DNA of 64,000 bases from Planctomycetia bacterium (GTDB lineage Bacteria; Planctomycetota; Phycisphaerae; Phycisphaerales; SM1A02), in assembly GCA_005776885.1 (NCBI GenBank), contig SXOD01000019.1, positions 33,577-97,576 of the forward strand, written 5' to 3'. How positions within the stretch are numbered: position 1 is the first letter of the stretch; each line of letters opens with the position of its first letter. Below are positions 61,106 through 64,000 of this stretch, piece after piece. The notes beneath the pieces are model-generated. The model was not told the DNA's origin, made no database searches, and saw only the letters and a program-made list of their open reading frames with translations. A program made the translations under genes and the position numbers.

Positions 61106-62272
61106 ATGTCGTCGCCGCTGCCCCAACTTCCTGCCTCCCCCGCCACGCCGACCGCGGGTGGCACCCCAACCGCGCCCGACCCCCTCAGCCTGACGGCCGA
61201 GGAGTTCATCCGCGCGGCGCACGCCGTCGGCGTCAGGCACGACAGCGATGCACTCAACGCCTACCGAACCGCGCATCGCAGCGGCGTCTTCACGGATTGG
61301 ATGGCTCCCCCGCCGGCGGCCGTCGCACGTGTGCAGCAAGACGACTCCACGCTCAAGTTCCTGCTGCCGGTCGAAGGCAACTACGAGACCGAGAGCGTCC
61401 TGATCCCGATGGACCACACGGCGCGGGGCCGGACTCGGACGCTGTGCGTGTCCAGCCAGGTTGGCTGCGCCATGGGCTGTCGATTCTGCGAGACCGCGCA
61501 GATGGGGTTGCTTCGACACCTCTCCGTTCGCGAGATCGTGCAGCAATTCTGGTCGGCTCGACACGCCGTCGCCAACCCATTCGTCGATGAACCCGCGACT
61601 CACCGGGCGACCGCGGCTGTCGGTGACTCCGGCGCCCGCCGCGGCTTCCCCGTCAAGAACATCGTGTTCATGGGGATGGGCGAGCCGATGGACAACCTGG
61701 ACTCGGTGCTCCAGGCGATCCGCGTGCTCTGCGATGGCAATGGCTGCGGCGTTGGCTCCAGCATGGTCTGCGTGAGCACCGTCGGCCGGACTGACGGCAT
61801 TCGCAGGCTGGGCGACTTCATCCAGCAGCCAGGATTCCGGCGCGTCACGCTGGCGGTGAGCCTCAACGCCCCCAACGACGAGATCCGTTCATCGATTATG
61901 CCGATCAATCGCGCCGAGCCGATGGCGCAACTGCGCGAGGCGATGGTCGCCTTCCCGATGCGCCCCACCAGCGCCCTGTGCGTGGAGTATGTCCTGATTC
62001 CAGACGCCAACGACCGGCCCGAGCATGCGCGCGAAGTGTGCTCGTTCCTCAAGGGCATCCGGTGCAGCCTGAACATCATCCCCTACAACCCGCGCCGCGA
62101 CTCGCCCTGGCGCGCGCCCACCGAGGAGGAAGTCGCCGCGTTCGTGCGGCAATGCATCGAGTGCGGCCAGTTCACCAAGCGCCGGGGGACGAAGGGACGC
62201 AGCGCGATGGCGGCGTGCGGGCAGCTGGGCAACGAGCAGATCCGCGCGCGGAAGCGGCTTGTGGAGTCTTGA
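61106..62272 (+). CDS. rlmN: Radical SAM 23S rRNA/tRNA adenine-C2 methyltransferase RlmN
   Basis: ATG at 61106 inside ORF 59633..62272. Shows TLCVSSQVGCAMGCRFCETAQMG (CxxxCxxC), NIVFMGMGEP, VSTVG and NIIPYNP, typical of RlmN/Cfr. Confidence 0.9.
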   Translation: MSSPLPQLPASPATPTAGGTPTAPDPLSLTAEEFIRAAHAVGVRHDSDALNAYRTAHRSGVFTDWMAPPPAAVARVQQDDSTLKFLLPVEGNYETESVLIPMDHTARGRTRTLCVSSQVGCAMGCRFCETAQMGLLRHLSVREIVQQFWSARHAVANPFVDEPATHRATAAVGDSGARRGFPVKNIVFMGMGEPMDNLDSVLQAIRVLCDGNGCGVGSSMVCVSTVGRTDGIRRLGDFIQQPGFRRVTLAVSLNAPNDEIRSSIMPINRAEPMAQLREAMVAFPMRPTSALCVEYVLIPDANDRPEHAREVCSFLKGIRCSLNIIPYNPRRDSPWRAPTEEEVAAFVRQCIECGQFTKRRGTKGRSAMAACGQLGNEQIRARKRLVES

Positions 62273-62281
62273 GGGAGCGCC

Positions 62282-63622
62282 CTAGACCAGCAGTGTCGCC
62301 GGGTTTTCCAGAGTCTGCTTGACGGTCTGCAGGAATTGCGCGGCCATGGCGCCGTCGATCACGCGGTGGTCCAGGCTCAGCGTCAACTTCATCTCGGTGC
62401 CAACCGCCAGCTGCCCATTGCGGACGACGGGCTGCTGGATCGCCGCGCCCACCGCCAGGATCGCGGAGTTGGGCGGGTTGATGATTGCGGTGAAGTCGTC
62501 GACGCCGTACATCCCCAGGTTGGAGATCGTGAAGGTGGCGTCGGACATCTCTTCCATCGTGAGTCCTTTGGTACGGGCCTTTTCGGCCAGCGACTTGGAC
62601 TCTTCGCTCAGTTCACGCAAGCCACGGCGATCCGCATCTCGCAGGACGGCCACCACCAGCCCGCCGCCCCGTTCCGCAGGCAGCGACACGGCGATCCCGA
62701 TGTTGACGGCCCCGTGGATCACGATGCGGTCGCCCGCCCACGAGGCATTGAAGAAGGGATGGCGGCCCATTGCGATCGCGCAGGCGCGAACCACGAAATC
62801 GTTCATGCTCAGCTTCACGCCCTGAGGCTGCAACTGCGTGTTGAGCATGCCGCGCAGTTCCAGGAGCGCATCGCAATCGACGCTCATCGCCACCTGGTAG
62901 TGCGGGATCTGCTGCTTGCTTTCGACGAGCCGCCGCGCGATCGTCTGCCGCATGCCGGACACGGCGACTTCACGGCCCTCGGGATTGAGCGCCAGGTCGG
63001 TGCGGGGTCGCGAGACGATGGGCGCGATCGCGGTGGACGGCTTCGGCGCGGTCGGCGTCGATGGAGCCGGAGCCGAGCCGGCCGTCGCACCACCCTTCCC
63101 AGCCGCCGCCTCCTCGATGTCTCGCTTGACGATCCGGCCGCCTGGGCCAGATCCCTGCAGTCGGTTCAGATCCACCCCGAGCTCGTCGGCAAGCCGCCGC
63201 GCGATGGGGCTCACCCGCATGCGGTCGGCGTCGCCGGTGCCGTCGCTGGTGTCGGTCTTTGACGCAATGAAGGCTGCGGAAGGCGCGCTGCTGGCAGGAG
63301 CAACGGCTGGCGCGCTGGCTGTCGGTGCCGCGGTGGCGCTCGTCTGCTGCGCGCTGGCTGTCGGCGACTCGCTCCCGTCCTCATCCTCCAACGCCACCAC
63401 GGCGATGGGTGTCCCGACTGGCACCTGCTTGCCCGGCTCCACCAGGATCTTGCTCAGCACGCCGTCGTCAAAGCACTGCATCTCCATCGTGGCCTTGTCG
63501 GTTTCGATGTCGGCCACGACGCTTCCGGAACTCACCGGGTCGCCCTCCTTCACATGCCACTTGATGACCGTGCCAGCCTCCATGGTGTCGGAGAGTCGGG
63601 GCATGGTGATCGTGGCGGGCAT
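62282..63622 (-). CDS. pdhC: Dihydrolipoamide acetyltransferase (2-oxoacid dehydrogenase E2, PDH-type)
   Basis: Lipoyl domain (IETDKATME), Ala/Pro linkers, a peripheral subunit-binding domain (SPIARRLADELGVDL..GSGPGGRIVKRD) and a catalytic domain with DHRVIDGA. Confidence 0.9.
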   Translation of the reverse strand: MPATITMPRLSDTMEAGTVIKWHVKEGDPVSSGSVVADIETDKATMEMQCFDDGVLSKILVEPGKQVPVGTPIAVVALEDEDGSESPTASAQQTSATAAPTASAPAVAPASSAPSAAFIASKTDTSDGTGDADRMRVSPIARRLADELGVDLNRLQGSGPGGRIVKRDIEEAAAGKGGATAGSAPAPSTPTAPKPSTAIAPIVSRPRTDLALNPEGREVAVSGMRQTIARRLVESKQQIPHYQVAMSVDCDALLELRGMLNTQLQPQGVKLSMNDFVVRACAIAMGRHPFFNASWAGDRIVIHGAVNIGIAVSLPAERGGGLVVAVLRDADRRGLRELSEESKSLAEKARTKGLTMEEMSDATFTISNLGMYGVDDFTAIINPPNSAILAVGAAIQQPVVRNGQLAVGTEMKLTLSLDHRVIDGAMAAQFLQTVKQTLENPATLLV

Positions 63623-63670
63623 GGGAGGCGCTGTTGTCGGTCTATCGGCTCGCGACGCGGGTTTGGTCGA

Positions 63671-64000
63671 TTAGGCGAGATACAGGCACGCCCGCACCGC
63701 TTCGGTGATCCGGCGGGCGTTGGGCAGGTATTCCGCCTCGAGGTTGGTGGCGTAAGGGGTGGGGACATCCGCCGTGTGGACGCGGTGGACGAAGTTGTCC
63801 AGGTCGTCAAAGCAGCGCGCATGCACCTGCGCCGCGACCTCGCTGCCGGGGGAACCGAAGCTCCAGGACTGGTCCACCACGACGCAGCGATTGGTCTTCT
63901 TGACGCTCCGCACGATCGATTCGATGTCCAGCGGCCGGATGGTCCGCATGTCCAGGACTTCACAGTCGACGCCTTCCCTGGCCAGGGCCTCGGCGGCCTC
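63671..64000 (-). CDS. pdhB: Pyruvate dehydrogenase E1 beta subunit, C-terminal part (gene continues beyond the window)
   Basis: The reading frame is open to the window edge. Shows DMRTIRPLDIESIVRSVKKTNRCVVVDQSW..GSEVAAQV, typical of the transketolase C-terminal domain of E1-beta. It lies directly upstream of E2. Confidence 0.85.
   Translation of the reverse strand, partial: EAAEALAREGVDCEVLDMRTIRPLDIESIVRSVKKTNRCVVVDQSWSFGSPGSEVAAQVHARCFDDLDNFVHRVHTADVPTPYATNLEAEYLPNARRITEAVRACLYLA

Overview
This is a gene-dense chromosomal segment, roughly two-thirds G+C by eye (not computed). I can support about 50 protein genes on both strands. I found no rRNA, tRNA, CRISPR array, transposase or integrase by eye.

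Recognisable housekeeping genes:
- Iron and Fe-S: feoA (fused to a BFD-like domain), feoB, hscA, ISC-type fdx.
- Translation: pheT, rpmI-rplT, rlmN.
- Metabolism: ispD, citrate synthase, trpF, cls, pyruvate dehydrogenase E1-beta and E2.
- Envelope and division: an LptF/LptG-type pair, murC-murB-ddl-ftsQ-like.
- Regulation and other: two ECF sigma factors (one with an anti-sigma partner), an NtrC-type sigma-54 activator, greA, tag.

Several markers suggest Planctomycetota, possibly Phycisphaerae-like. This is inference, not proof. The markers are an H-X9-DG/DUF1559-like domain, Cys-bracketed GC-type dockerin modules, many FG-GAP/ASPIC proteins, and a dcw cluster that stops at ftsQ with no ftsA/ftsZ.

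The best candidate for an undescribed system is the 41.2-57.8 kb island.
- One part is a tightly coupled minus-strand operon: C-N hydrolase, then a giant TPR/FG-GAP/ASPIC protein, then a membrane-anchored pentahaem cytochrome with a TPR tail, then a CRTAC1-type protein.
- Next to it are a second TPR plus CRTAC1 pair, a DUF1111 di-haem protein and an FG-GAP protein. The last two both end in dockerin-like modules.

Other notable signals:
- Three head-to-tail tandem arrays with periods of 9, 30 and 28 bp. The 30- and 28-bp units each carry a 6-bp hairpin, and both arrays lie directly 3' of genes.
- A perfect 17-bp AT-rich palindrome whose central 13 bp equal the classical Fur-box core.
- An anti-sigma factor whose outer domain looks like a captured pseudopilin (H-X9-DG) body.
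- A BFD-FeoA fusion followed by a small Cys-rich membrane ORF after feoB.

Many long ORFs in the track are antisense artefacts of high G+C and are rejected below.
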